Notes: a model not told the origin generated them from the sequence alone. DNA of 64,000 bases from Chitinophagaceae bacterium (GCA_044220885.1 JBGAQE010000003.1:2414-66413), one strand, 5' to 3'; numbered from the stretch's first letter, positions 28,096 to 38,679 are shown. Made by a program: numbers and translations.

Positions 28096-31000
28096 ATGTG
28101 GTATAGATTAAAATTGAGGCGGAGTATATATTCCTTTTTGCTTTGCTGGGCTTTTATCAGCAATGTCAATGGGCAAAACTATTATGCGGGTGAATTCAAG
28201 CTACATACCTCGAAAGATGGACTAAGCCATAATTTTGTTACAGCTATTGAACAGGATGATCAGGGTTATATATGGATAAGTACTGATGTTGGGCTTAACC
28301 GTTTTGATGGACATTCGTTCAGTAACTATTCAAATAATACTGAACCATTGATGCTGGCTTCAGGAATAATCCGGAACCTGAAACCATTTGGTAAAGATGA
28401 ATTAGGGGTAATTTCCAGGTCAGGTTTCCAAATCATAAACACGAAAGATTTTACTGTAAAGGACTATTTTATACCAGATAGTACTGCATTCAGTTCATTA
28501 AGGAATACCGCCTGGGATGCTATAGCCCTTCCAGATCAATCAATCGCTTTAACTACCGCAACCGGATTTTACCTTTTCAATAAGAACAGGCAACTAACAT
28601 TCAGGAACGACGCCTACAGCCTAAATGATGTTGGAAAGAAGCGAATCTTCTACGGCCGTTATATGCTACAATTAAACAATCGCGATCTGCTCGTATTTGT
28701 AGAAGAAAATGCTGTCGCTCATTTTGATAGTAAAAGCAATCAATTCCACCAATTTAAAGAAGGTGAACAATCTCCTTTTAATTTCCCACCAGTTGCAACT
28801 GCGAAAAACAGGGGACTTATCCATCATTTCCAGATTAACAAACAGGAACTCCTGTTCTTTCATTTTGTAAAAAACAGCATTGTTTATTATAATACTTCAA
28901 CGCAAAAAACAGTAAGTACAGCTCTGCCAATTTCAAAAGTAAATTTCTCTTGGGAAAGTAAGATATACAAGCTGACAGACAGCACATTTGCGGTTAACGG
29001 AGCCACTACCGGATTTTATATATGTCATCTCAATAAATCAACCGGAGTTGTAACCATGAATCCTAACTCCTATCTGAATGACTACAAGGTATTATGTCTG
29101 AAAATGGATAAGGCAGGCAAGTTATGGGTTGGCACTTCAAAAGGTTTATTACAACAAAGCAATTCAAGCCGCTTTCTTACCACCTATGAAATTAAATCCA
29201 GTAATACTGATAGTGTTACCGGTGGATTGAGTGCTGCATTCCACTACAAAGAGAATTTATATCTTGGACGACTCTCACTAAACAAAGGCTTAGTGATTGT
29301 GGATCCTGTTACAAAAGCAGTAAAAAAGCAGGTCAATTTCTTTCAAAATAATTCTCCCTGGAACGAAGTGAACAGTATACAGATGTATTATCCCGACACT
29401 TTGTATATCGGTACCAGCGCAGGACTGTTATGGCTCGATACCAAAACAGATAATTATGGTAAAGTACCGATGCCTTCTGAAGTGAATCAGGGAATCAATA
29501 CGCTAGCACCTGTTCGTAATGATGGGTATGCCTGGATGTGCAGTCAACTCAACGGTATTGTAGCGCGCTATCATGTACCTACAAGAACATTTACTGTTTT
29601 TACTCCGAAAACAACCCCTGCTTTGCCTTTTGCGAAAATCAAAAGTATCGCTTACGATAGCTATGGAGATGTTTGGATTGGTGGCCACTCCTTAGCCAGA
29701 TGGAATAATTCCACTAACCAATTCGATACACTCATCACGGTTTATGGAGGAGTTAAAAAATTCAATGAAGACATACTGATGCTTAATGCAGATAGTAATG
29801 GTTCACTATGGATACATAATGTAGAAAACGGGATTCTTGAATACAAAATAAAAGAGAAGGAATGGTACTCATATAGTATCAAAGAAGGGTTGCCATCAGA
29901 TGCCCTTGAATGTTTCAGCAAAATCATTGGAAATGTCATTTGGCTGGGAAGCGCGAATAACCTGACCCGGTTTAATATCCAAACCAAAGAAACAGTAGTA
30001 TATGATTTTAGTGATGGATACACCGAAGAAGTACCTAAAGGAAAAGTAATCGAATTCGACTCCATCACCAACAAACTATATCTGTTCACAAATCAGCTTG
30101 TAACAGAATTCCCTGCACAATCCTCAAATGAAGTACACAAAGCGAATGATATACTCATCCAGGAGATCCGTATAAATAATGCAAGATCCGTATTCCATCC
30201 TTCCAATGGTGTATCACTGAACCATAATGAAAACAATCTCTCCCTTTATTTTTCAATAATCGATTATGAAAACAGTAATTATCGTTTCTTTTATAAAATG
30301 AAAGATGATGGGGAATGGATACCATTAAAAGGAGTTCGAACTTTAAATCTATCAGGTCTCAACCCTGGCGATTATACCATCCAATTTAAAGCCATCGGAA
30401 AGTGGGGAGAGCAAAAACAACGTGCTTTCAGTTTTGTAATTGAAAAACCCTGGTGGCAGTCGATTGTTTTTCTCGTTTCAAATATATGCATAACTGATCT
30501 GATAGCCATTGGAGCTTACAGATATCGTATCAAACAAATACGCGCTAAAGCTAATATCGATAAGAAACTGGCGCAAACAGAAATGAAAGCTTTGCATGCT
30601 CAAATGAATCCGCATTTCATTTCTAATAGTCTTAATAGCATACGGGAAATGATTTTGAACGACGAGAATAAGGATGCATCCCGATATCTCACCAAATTCG
30701 CGCATCTCATCCGCATCACACTAGAACACTCCCTGATGCATTTTGTTTCTCTGCGAAACACTATGGATTACCTGAACCGATATGCTGAAATGGAAATGAT
30801 ACGAAACAGTAAATTCACTTTTCAACAACATGTTACAGATAATCTGCCTTTAGATGAAGTATTGCTGCCGCCAATGCTTATCCAGCCATTTATTGAAAAT
30901 TCGATATGGCATGGAGCTAATAACAAGTTCATTGATATTTCTGTAAGTTTTAGTCAGGAGAATGATCAGTTAGTATGTGTTATTGAAGATAATGGCATTG

Positions 31001-31212
31001 GAATAAATCAATCTCTGGAGCTAAAAAAGAGAATGCCTGAATTACAGCGATCCATTGGAATTGAAAATATCCGTAACCGTATTCAATTGCTGAATGAAAA
31101 ATATGACATGAAAAGCAGTATTTCCATAGAAGATAAGTCGGACCGCCATATTGATGGTATCACAGGAACTATTGTAACCATAAAACTAAAACTCCAAAAC
31201 AAGGATATATGA
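28096..31212 (+). CDS. LytS-type sensor histidine kinase with periplasmic beta-propeller (Reg_prop) and Y_Y_Y domains
   Basis: DGLSHN.V..I.QD..GYIWI.T..GLNRFDG; L.PGDYT...KA; PWW + TM; ALHAQMNPHF..N.LN; LIQPFIENSIWHG; DNGIG. Confidence 0.93.
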   Translation: MWYRLKLRRSIYSFLLCWAFISNVNGQNYYAGEFKLHTSKDGLSHNFVTAIEQDDQGYIWISTDVGLNRFDGHSFSNYSNNTEPLMLASGIIRNLKPFGKDELGVISRSGFQIINTKDFTVKDYFIPDSTAFSSLRNTAWDAIALPDQSIALTTATGFYLFNKNRQLTFRNDAYSLNDVGKKRIFYGRYMLQLNNRDLLVFVEENAVAHFDSKSNQFHQFKEGEQSPFNFPPVATAKNRGLIHHFQINKQELLFFHFVKNSIVYYNTSTQKTVSTALPISKVNFSWESKIYKLTDSTFAVNGATTGFYICHLNKSTGVVTMNPNSYLNDYKVLCLKMDKAGKLWVGTSKGLLQQSNSSRFLTTYEIKSSNTDSVTGGLSAAFHYKENLYLGRLSLNKGLVIVDPVTKAVKKQVNFFQNNSPWNEVNSIQMYYPDTLYIGTSAGLLWLDTKTDNYGKVPMPSEVNQGINTLAPVRNDGYAWMCSQLNGIVARYHVPTRTFTVFTPKTTPALPFAKIKSIAYDSYGDVWIGGHSLARWNNSTNQFDTLITVYGGVKKFNEDILMLNADSNGSLWIHNVENGILEYKIKEKEWYSYSIKEGLPSDALECFSKIIGNVIWLGSANNLTRFNIQTKETVVYDFSDGYTEEVPKGKVIEFDSITNKLYLFTNQLVTEFPAQSSNEVHKANDILIQEIRINNARSVFHPSNGVSLNHNENNLSLYFSIIDYENSNYRFFYKMKDDGEWIPLKGVRTLNLSGLNPGDYTIQFKAIGKWGEQKQRAFSFVIEKPWWQSIVFLVSNICITDLIAIGAYRYRIKQIRAKANIDKKLAQTEMKALHAQMNPHFISNSLNSIREMILNDENKDASRYLTKFAHLIRITLEHSLMHFVSLRNTMDYLNRYAEMEMIRNSKFTFQQHVTDNLPLDEVLLPPMLIQPFIENSIWHGANNKFIDISVSFSQENDQLVCVIEDNGIGINQSLELKKRMPELQRSIGIENIRNRIQLLNEKYDMKSSISIEDKSDRHIDGITGTIVTIKLKLQNKDI

Positions 31213-31994
31213 AGCCAATCAGAGCTATACTTGTAGATGATGAACCGAGAGGTGTTGCTTCTTTAAGAAAGTTGCTTCAGCTGAATTGTCCGGAGGTTGA
31301 AGTAATAGCAACCTGCGCAAGTGCAGACGAAGCTATAGAGCAAATTAACAAATTGAAACCCGATCTTTTATTTCTCGACATAGCCATGCCGGAAAAAAAC
31401 GGTATTGCACTACTCAGTGAATTAGGAAATATTCCTTTTGAAGTCATTTTCATTTCTGCCCATAGCACTTATATGAATCAGGCCTTTCATTTCAGTGCTG
31501 TTGACTATCTGCTAAAACCGGTAGATGAAGACTTATTGATGGAGGCTGTGAAAAGAGCGGAAAAAAGAATACTACAAAAAGAAGTCGGTCAAACACCGTC
31601 TTCCGAACCAACCATGGATACGCTACTTCACAATATAAAGAACCGTAATGTGGTTCAAAAGATGAAGCTCTGCATCCCTTCATTAAAAGGCTTTCAGGTG
31701 GTAGTGATTCAGGATATCATCTGCTGCATTGCTAACGGCAACTACACCTCTTTCCAATTCATAAACCGTCCGCCAATACTTGCTTCAAAGCCACTTAACG
31801 AATACGAAGAGCTACTAGCCGACAGTAATTTCGTAAGGGCCCATAAATCCTATCTCGTAAATCTCGAGCATGTAAAAGAATATATAAGAGGTGAAGGCGG
31901 GGCATTGCTATTATCTGATGGAACAGAGATTGAGGTTTCGAGAAGAAAGAAAGAGAATTTGTTGAATAGGATGAAGGGGTTTTATAAGTTTTGA
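31209..31994 (+). CDS. LytTR family two-component response regulator
   Basis: ILVDDE, FLDI.MP, DYLLKP; LytTR domain FVRAHKSYLVN...VSRRKK. Confidence 0.95.
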   Translation: MKPIRAILVDDEPRGVASLRKLLQLNCPEVEVIATCASADEAIEQINKLKPDLLFLDIAMPEKNGIALLSELGNIPFEVIFISAHSTYMNQAFHFSAVDYLLKPVDEDLLMEAVKRAEKRILQKEVGQTPSSEPTMDTLLHNIKNRNVVQKMKLCIPSLKGFQVVVIQDIICCIANGNYTSFQFINRPPILASKPLNEYEELLADSNFVRAHKSYLVNLEHVKEYIRGEGGALLLSDGTEIEVSRRKKENLLNRMKGFYKF

Positions 31995-32109
31995 AAACAA
32001 TTTGAAAATTTGAAAATTTGGGAATAAACAGCCAATACATTTTACCTGGGAGATGCAACTCTGCAATTAGTATTCAAAAATGTTAGCTTTTGAATTCTAA
32101 ATCAAATAT

Positions 32110-32988
32110 TTACGGTTTTGCATTATACAATGTATCCATCCCGATTCTATCCAAATATTTTCCATATTTTATATCAGATTCTAAACTATTGAAAATGCCC
32201 TTAACTTTTAAAGCATTTTCTGGATGAATAATCTTGCAATCCATATAAGGATAGTCTAGTAAATAGTTTCCAAATTTTTCATAAAGGGTTTCCCTTGAAA
32301 TAAGAACTCTGTCATTTACTGTTTTAAATAATCGCTTATACTGCCGGTATAATAAATAATAATCTGTTTGAGGTAATATATTTGGTATATGTTCTGCCCA
32401 CGTAGAAAATGTCGCTACTTTTTTTGTTTCAAATATTTTACAAAAAAATATCCTGGAAACGAAATAGTCTGCTCCAATTTTTTCTTGCAGTTGCTTCCTA
32501 TTAAAGTTATACTCCCAAATCAGGTTTGATTTATCAATCGGGTAATAATTTGATTCATCATCGTAGTTATTCATTGATGCACTGAGATTAGTCCTATTCC
32601 AATTCTCAAATAATTCCCCTGGAGCAGGTAAATAGGGTAATTCATTGGCAGATTGCGGATTCAGAACATATAGACCTAAATCTTTTAAAAATTTCTCAAC
32701 AAATTGAAAAGCCTCCAATCCGAAAAATGAAGGCCGCATATAATTTATATTAAATACAAACCGAGTATTATCGAAATCTTCAAAGTTTTCATACAATTCG
32801 ATGGCATCTGAGTCATCAACTGAATCATTTGTTTCAAATATAAAATAAACTTCAGTTTCCTGATTTACAAAAAACCATTGCCCAGAACTTTCATCAAACG
32901 GCATTAATTTAAAGTTCAGATAGGTTGTAATCTGAGTTCGAGTAAGTCCAGATCCCTTTTTCTTATAAAAGTATAAATCATAACTCAT
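32110..32988 (-). CDS. Hypothetical cytoplasmic protein
   Basis: 292-aa ORF; MSYDLYF start and NYMRPSFFGLEA motif; no family confidently recognised. Confidence 0.65.
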   Translation of the reverse strand: MSYDLYFYKKKGSGLTRTQITTYLNFKLMPFDESSGQWFFVNQETEVYFIFETNDSVDDSDAIELYENFEDFDNTRFVFNINYMRPSFFGLEAFQFVEKFLKDLGLYVLNPQSANELPYLPAPGELFENWNRTNLSASMNNYDDESNYYPIDKSNLIWEYNFNRKQLQEKIGADYFVSRIFFCKIFETKKVATFSTWAEHIPNILPQTDYYLLYRQYKRLFKTVNDRVLISRETLYEKFGNYLLDYPYMDCKIIHPENALKVKGIFNSLESDIKYGKYLDRIGMDTLYNAKP

Positions 32989-33210
32989 CGTAGCAAGAAT
33001 TTAAGGGCTGTTTTAAGAATAGAATATATCTTAAACTATATTACACTTCCACATAATACCAGAAATATATAATCAGGTTCAATCAGACACTAAAATAATC
33101 ATTTTCTAAAATCAAATATCAGGTGCGCAACAATATCAATCATGATAAATATCAGAAAATAAATGAGACAATTGGCGGCAATGCTTTATTTATGTATTCA
33201 AATGAATTAT

Positions 33211-33644
33211 TATCCTGAGCCTCCCTGTTATCCTTTCACATCAAGATCCTGTAATTACAATTACTTAAATCCTGATCAATGACAGGTCCAAATCACAGTT
33301 AATCAAATAAATCACATCAATCCCAGTTTGTATTGGCTGTTAATCCTGTATTTCCTTAAATCCTTTAATCTTGTATAAGACAAAAAGTGTTTCGAAGAAA
33401 CACCTCCATCCTGTGCATCCCTGCTATCCTTTCACATCAAGGTCTTGTGTGTACAATTACTTAAATCCTGATCAATGACAGGTTCAAATCACAGTTAATC
33501 AAATAAATCACATCAATCCCAGTTTGTATTGGCTGTTAATCCTGTATTTCCTTAAATCCTTTAATCCTGTATAAGACAAAAAGTGTTTCGAAGAAACACC
33601 TTCATCCTGTGTATCCCTGTTATCCTTTCAAATCAAGGTCTTGT
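33211..33644. repeat. 196-bp tandem repeat, ~2.2 copies
   Basis: ccctg(t/c)tatcctttca(c/a)atcaag starts at 33223, 33419 and 33615; the intervening sequence is nearly identical. Confidence 0.9.
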
Positions 33645-33670
33645 ATTGGCCACGTCTCCGTCATAAATTT

Positions 33671-34384
33671 TTATGGTTTCTTGAACCCCTTGAAAACAAG
33701 ATACACCCCTAACGAGAACTCAAACACCGCTACCATAAGAGCCGATACACCAGCATAAGGTGAATGCTGATCGATGTATCCGAATAAAACAAACAAATCA
33801 CCAGCAACAAGTGGTATGGCTCCGATAATACCAATCAATGCCAGAGCTCTTGGTACCAATCTGGTTTGATAAAGAAGCATGCCCAGTAAAAGATCGTTTA
33901 TGGCAGGCATGAAACTTTGTCCGATAAGGAATACACGGTCGTAAAGGGCAACAAGAGCATGACTGACAGAAAGCGCTTCTTGTCCAACTCCGGATTGACG
34001 TAGTGTTACAACTGATAAAAGAAAGGCAACTCCTAAAAATATTGTACTAGCCTCTAAAACACGGGAAGCTACGAGTCCTAAGGCCATACCTTCATTCTGC
34101 TTCTTAAGTATTGGATATAGTGTAACAGCAGTTCCAATGCCAGTGAGCGCTACCAGTAATTCCAATATCGCCCCCAAAAATATTTTGCTATCAGACCCCC
34201 GACTCAAAACATAATCAGCATCGTGAACTGAAACATACAATGAAAGAGTTGGAATGGAGATGAAAGTAAGCAGGTAAAAAATACCTGCTACTAACGCTGT
34301 TCTCCTTTTAGAATCCATTGGAGAAGCAATTATAGCTTTCTCAGAAATGATCGTCGAATTTATTGATAGGTTCATAAAATGCAA
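33671..34384 (-). CDS. DUF4386 family membrane protein
   Basis: RRTALVAGIFYL.TF, LYPILKK, R.LEA, LVPR.L..IG.IG and FEFSLG.YL.FKGF; true start may be 34318. Confidence 0.85.
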   Translation of the reverse strand: MHFMNLSINSTIISEKAIIASPMDSKRRTALVAGIFYLLTFISIPTLSLYVSVHDADYVLSRGSDSKIFLGAILELLVALTGIGTAVTLYPILKKQNEGMALGLVASRVLEASTIFLGVAFLLSVVTLRQSGVGQEALSVSHALVALYDRVFLIGQSFMPAINDLLLGMLLYQTRLVPRALALIGIIGAIPLVAGDLFVLFGYIDQHSPYAGVSALMVAVFEFSLGVYLVFKGFKKP

Positions 34385-34435
34385 TTGAGAATAAGGAGAT
34401 AAGTTTCTGCTCTAGAAAAGTTTCTAATCAAAATC

Positions 34436-35131
34436 TTAATTAATACCAAGTGGATTGGTTCTCCATGCTTTTGAAAAATGTACACTTATCATCAGTGCCC
34501 TGTTATACATCTCCTTATTATTCGTGATATCAGTCAATCCGTAATTGTATCTAATATCCAAAGCAATTCTACGCTTCCTGAAAGGGAACTCATAACCTGC
34601 GCCAACCTGGATGCTAGCCTCTACACGCTTATAACCTTCTGGTGAATCATCGAAACTTATCTTTGTAGACTTTTTGTCAATTTTTCTTTCACCACTAATA
34701 GTATATGCTATTGAAGGACCACCGTTTATATAGAAAGATCCAAAGTGAAAGCGTGCGAGTATTGGTAATTCAACAGTATTTAATCGGAGGCTGGATTCAG
34801 TGGTAGTCAAAGGATTATTGGACTTTAGTTTACCGCCCTTTCTCATAAAATAAAGCTCTGAAACCAAAGAAAATCCTGGTGTTATTCCTGCCTGGAAAGA
34901 AGCACCTGCTTGTAACCCATTCCCAAATTTCTTATAATCCGATAATGAGGTATTGGCATACCCATAATTGATACTTGTGCTAACCACATTAATCATAAGA
35001 TCCAGATAGGTGTGAGCTGATCTTGTTTCATGCGAATTCTGCCCCGAAAAATTCCTGCTTGATTGACCAAATGCTGTTGAGGATAAAAAAATAAATGTTC
35101 CCAATAGTGCTGCTAGTAATGCTTGCTTCAT
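34436..35131 (-). CDS. Outer-membrane beta-barrel protein (PorT/OMP_b-brl_2 family)
   Basis: Signal peptide; ELYF.RKG, ELPILAR, GGPSIAY and DIRYNYGL. Confidence 0.8.
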   Translation of the reverse strand: MKQALLAALLGTFIFLSSTAFGQSSRNFSGQNSHETRSAHTYLDLMINVVSTSINYGYANTSLSDYKKFGNGLQAGASFQAGITPGFSLVSELYFMRKGGKLKSNNPLTTTESSLRLNTVELPILARFHFGSFYINGGPSIAYTISGERKIDKKSTKISFDDSPEGYKRVEASIQVGAGYEFPFRKRRIALDIRYNYGLTDITNNKEMYNRALMISVHFSKAWRTNPLGIN

Positions 35132-35206
35132 AATGTTATTTTTAAAGTTTTAATATTTAATAACTGAAGCAAAAATATAAGAGACAAAAGAGGGGAGAAA
35201 CTCATC

Positions 35207-35257
35207 TATGCAAGGCAAGGAAGTTTATCTTCAAAAGCTGTTTTTTAATCTGCAAGT
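35207..35257 (-). promoter_or_regulatory. Probable LytTR binding site, three repeats at 21-bp period
   Basis: tatgcaagg/tcttcaaaa/tctgcaagt (cores at 35208, 35229, 35250) upstream of the porin-like gene. Confidence 0.45.
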
Positions 35258-35268
35258 GCCAGCAAGGT

Positions 35269-35964
35269 TTAGCCCCTGCTTTTAATGATTTGAAGAAATG
35301 TTTCCTTATAGGTTTCAGAAACTGGAATCATCTCGTTTCCAATCTTAATTCGATTTCTCTCTATCGAATCGATTTTATTCAATGCAACCATATAAGATTT
35401 ATGTACACGACAAATTATAGTGGCAGGAATTAACTTTTCAAGCTCTACAAAATTCTGCAGGGTCATTATCTTTTTCTTAAGAGTATGAATTCTGAGGTAG
35501 TCCCTCATCCCTTCTATATAAATAATATCGTTCAACATTATTTTCTCCAGTCTGTGTTCAGTCTTTACAAATATGAATTCAGGCTGTACTTCCAAAGTGT
35601 GATGGATAATATTCTCCTGTGCCTTATTCACAGCTTGCAAAAACCTATTGAATGTAAACGGCTTTAATAAATAATCTGTTATTTGTAACTCATATCCTTT
35701 TAAAGCATAATCCTGATAGGCAGTAGTGATGATTACCTGGCTGGATATATTTGAACTTTCCAGCAATTCTATTCCGGATAGTTCATCCATATTAATATCC
35801 AAAAAGAGAATATCCACCTTATGGCTGTTCAAATAGGCTAAACCCGTAAGTGCATTATCAAACGTCTCGCTTAGCTGCAAAAAAGGGACCTTATTCACAA
35901 AATCCCTTGTCTTGTCAAGCGCCAGTGGTTCATCTTCGATTATGATGCAGGTAAATTTATCCAT
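35269..35964 (-). CDS. LytTR family response regulator
   Basis: IIEDEPLA, FLDINM, DYLLKPF and RVHKSY. Confidence 0.95.
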   Translation of the reverse strand: MDKFTCIIIEDEPLALDKTRDFVNKVPFLQLSETFDNALTGLAYLNSHKVDILFLDINMDELSGIELLESSNISSQVIITTAYQDYALKGYELQITDYLLKPFTFNRFLQAVNKAQENIIHHTLEVQPEFIFVKTEHRLEKIMLNDIIYIEGMRDYLRIHTLKKKIMTLQNFVELEKLIPATIICRVHKSYMVALNKIDSIERNRIKIGNEMIPVSETYKETFLQIIKSRG

Positions 35965-37024
35965 TTGGTATCGTTAATTTTATACTATACAATTCATTAG
36001 TCTTGTTTACTTCCAGTGTATGTTTACCGGCATAAATAAGCTGCAATCTCTTTTGGATTAATTCATTCCCTAAACCACCAAATGCATGTGGCACTTTCAA
36101 TTTTGACTCAAACCTGTTCTCGCAAATCATTTGTATGGTATAGTCTTCTATCAGTATATTGACAATAATGGCATTCTCAAGTTTCTTATTATTTGCATGT
36201 TTGAATGCATTTTCAATGAAAGGGATGAAAATCATGGGGGCTATCATCTTATTACCAATGTTACCCATTACCGAAAATTGAACATAATCTTCATTTGCTG
36301 TCCTTATTTTCTGCAACGCTATATACTTTTCAATGTATTCTATTTCCTTAGTGAGTGCTATTTTATCCGGCTTTGTTTCATATAGAATAAATCTCATTAT
36401 ATCAGAAAGCTTGTTCAGATAATCTGATGCCGCTACAGCATCTTTTAATATAAGTGCATCGATATTATTAATAGTGTTGAATAACAAATGAGGGTCTAAT
36501 TGTAGTTTAACTAATTCCATTTCCATTTCATGGTTCTTTTCCTTAAGCAGCTCTTTCACTTTTATTTCATTATACCATGTAATAAAACCATTGATCACCA
36601 GGGCAACTATTCCACAAATCACACCAATAAAGGTCATTACAATGATAGTCCTAAAGGCAGTAGATCGTCCGTTTTTCCCTCCCTGGTCCAAATCTTTCAG
36701 ATGCCCGGACTCTATCAAATAGCGCAATAGAATATAGCTTACGAGGGCAGCTGTTGCTGAAATCAGCAGACCATAGAATATTGAAAGAAGAAATTTTTTC
36801 TGTTTTAGATATTTAGGGAACAAAATAAAATAGTATGAAAAATATGATATAATCGATGGGACGATTGCAAAAAAGAAAATACTTGTCAAAGCATTCAATA
36901 TCCTGGATTCCTGGCTTACAAACCCAGGACTGCTTCTATAGTAAACTCCCAGAATGATTAATACCAAGAGGAGGTAGCATAACCAAAATCCAATGTTTAT
37001 AATTACAATAATCGACCTTCTCAT
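35957..37024 (-). CDS. LytS-type membrane sensor histidine kinase
   Basis: 4 TM; LQLDPHLLFNTINNI, FIPFIENAFKH and GGLG...IQKRL. Confidence 0.93.
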   Translation of the reverse strand: MRRSIIVIINIGFWLCYLLLVLIILGVYYRSSPGFVSQESRILNALTSIFFFAIVPSIISYFSYYFILFPKYLKQKKFLLSIFYGLLISATAALVSYILLRYLIESGHLKDLDQGGKNGRSTAFRTIIVMTFIGVICGIVALVINGFITWYNEIKVKELLKEKNHEMEMELVKLQLDPHLLFNTINNIDALILKDAVAASDYLNKLSDIMRFILYETKPDKIALTKEIEYIEKYIALQKIRTANEDYVQFSVMGNIGNKMIAPMIFIPFIENAFKHANNKKLENAIIVNILIEDYTIQMICENRFESKLKVPHAFGGLGNELIQKRLQLIYAGKHTLEVNKTNELYSIKLTIPNG

Positions 37025-37089
37025 GAATTAAATGTACCATCTAATAAGTTAGCAAAGGTTGCTACTTGTACTGGTGTGGAAGGGAATTC

Positions 37090-37121
37090 TAGACAAAACG
37101 GCAATATTTGTCTGCAAAACA
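37090..37121 (-). promoter_or_regulatory. Probable LytTR site upstream of the kinase (autoregulation)
   Basis: tagacaaaac / tctgcaaaac with caaaac at 37094 and 37115 (21-bp period); resembles the 35207-35257 repeats. Confidence 0.4.
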
Positions 37122-37175
37122 GGTCAAAAAGTTAATGTAGGGAGAAATGTTAGATGCTGAATGCAAATACATTTA

Positions 37176-37233
37176 ACCGAAGAGACGAAGAGACGCGGAA
37201 GATAACAACTCTGCGTCTCCGCGTCTCTGCGGT
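37176..37233. repeat. Hairpin element with 8-9-bp sub-repeats
   Basis: accgaagagacgaagagacgcggaa...ctgcgtctccgcgtctctgcggt; the right arm is identical (23 bp) to 23178-23200. Confidence 0.8.
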
Positions 37234-37486
37234 GAAAAGCGAAAACTTATTGCTTTAACACCACCGAAAAGTCATTCCAATCACATAAATTTACTTGTAT
37301 ATCTACCCCCCTGAAAAAATGCCCTGATTGATTGGAAAACTGACGGTATAAATGAGCTGGTTTTACACTTGTTTTGAATCAATTTTATTGTTGCTACCTC
37401 TATTTCATTGTCTCATTAAACATCCGGCTAATGAATAAATTCAATTAGTTGGACTTTTCTAATAAAGCTCTGTCTAAAAACATAAT

Positions 37487-38620
37487 ATGAGATCGAAAAC
37501 AATCAATGGTGGTAGCACAGAATCAATAAAGTCTTCGCTTGTTAAGAGCATGGCGGATGGCTATAAACCAACCCTCGCCATTGTATTCTTATCTGTAAAA
37601 CAAGACAGGACGGCCATATGCCAATTGCTCGATGAAGCAGGTATTGCCATTTATGGCATCACCACCAATGGAGAGTTTACTGGTGATGGTATCTCATCTG
37701 GCGAAAGCGCAATCCTTTTGATGGATCTTAATCCCTGCTATTTTCATATTATCTGTACTGAATATGCCGGCACCAATTATCGTTTGACTACCCAGGAAAT
37801 CGCCAAAAAGGCAAAGGAGAAATTCAAAAACCCTTCCTTCCTGATCGGCGTCAGTAATCTCAATGCGGATGCCGAAGAACTCCTTCATGGCTTTGAAGAC
37901 ATTCTTGGTAAAGAAGTGAATGTAAATGGGGCAATGGGAGGGGATGATTTTCAATTCAAAAACAGCTATGTATTCACTAATCACATATCAACAAATAACG
38001 GAATCGTAGTTGTAGTGTTTGATGGAGATCATATCATAATGAAGGGCAGGGCTACTTTTGGATGGAAAGCCATAGGAACGGTAAGGACAGTTACTAAAAG
38101 CGTAGGGAATCACGTTTATACAATTGATGATATCCCGGCGCTTGACCTTACCATAAAATACGGCGGACTGGAAAACGTGACTCCGGAAAACTTTGCACTG
38201 GAACATTCCATCGCTCTTACACTTCAACTACAAAGAGAAACCGGTGATCCGGTAATGCGGGCAGGCGTATTAGTAGACTGGGACGACCATTCCATCTATT
38301 GCACCGGACATGTTCCACAAGGATCCAAAATACGTTTTTCGTTACCACCTGAATTTGATGTTGTCGAAAAAGTGATTCATAATTGTGAAGAACTAAAAAC
38401 AAACGAAATACCGGAAGCGGATGCACTGCTATTATTCAATTGCGCAGGAAGGCTGCTTTCCTTAGGACCATTGATTAGTGAAGAAATTGAAGGTGTCCAA
38501 AATGTATGGAACGTACCCATTGCAGGGATGTTCAGTAATGCTGAACTGGCCCGTGCCACAAATGGAAATTTAGAGATGCATGGCTTTACTGCTTGTACCG
38601 TAGTTCTGAAAGAGAAATAG
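37487..38620 (+). CDS. FIST N/C domain signal-transduction protein (NosP-like)
   Basis: G.TT.GE, GAMGGDD, GW..IG...VTKS.GN.VY.IDD.PA, FNCAGR and G.FS..E. Confidence 0.9.
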   Translation: MRSKTINGGSTESIKSSLVKSMADGYKPTLAIVFLSVKQDRTAICQLLDEAGIAIYGITTNGEFTGDGISSGESAILLMDLNPCYFHIICTEYAGTNYRLTTQEIAKKAKEKFKNPSFLIGVSNLNADAEELLHGFEDILGKEVNVNGAMGGDDFQFKNSYVFTNHISTNNGIVVVVFDGDHIIMKGRATFGWKAIGTVRTVTKSVGNHVYTIDDIPALDLTIKYGGLENVTPENFALEHSIALTLQLQRETGDPVMRAGVLVDWDDHSIYCTGHVPQGSKIRFSLPPEFDVVEKVIHNCEELKTNEIPEADALLLFNCAGRLLSLGPLISEEIEGVQNVWNVPIAGMFSNAELARATNGNLEMHGFTACTVVLKEK

Positions 38621-38679
38621 ATTTCACTGATCACATATACCATATTGCCAATTCTTGAAATAAATTACTTGCCAAGCTA

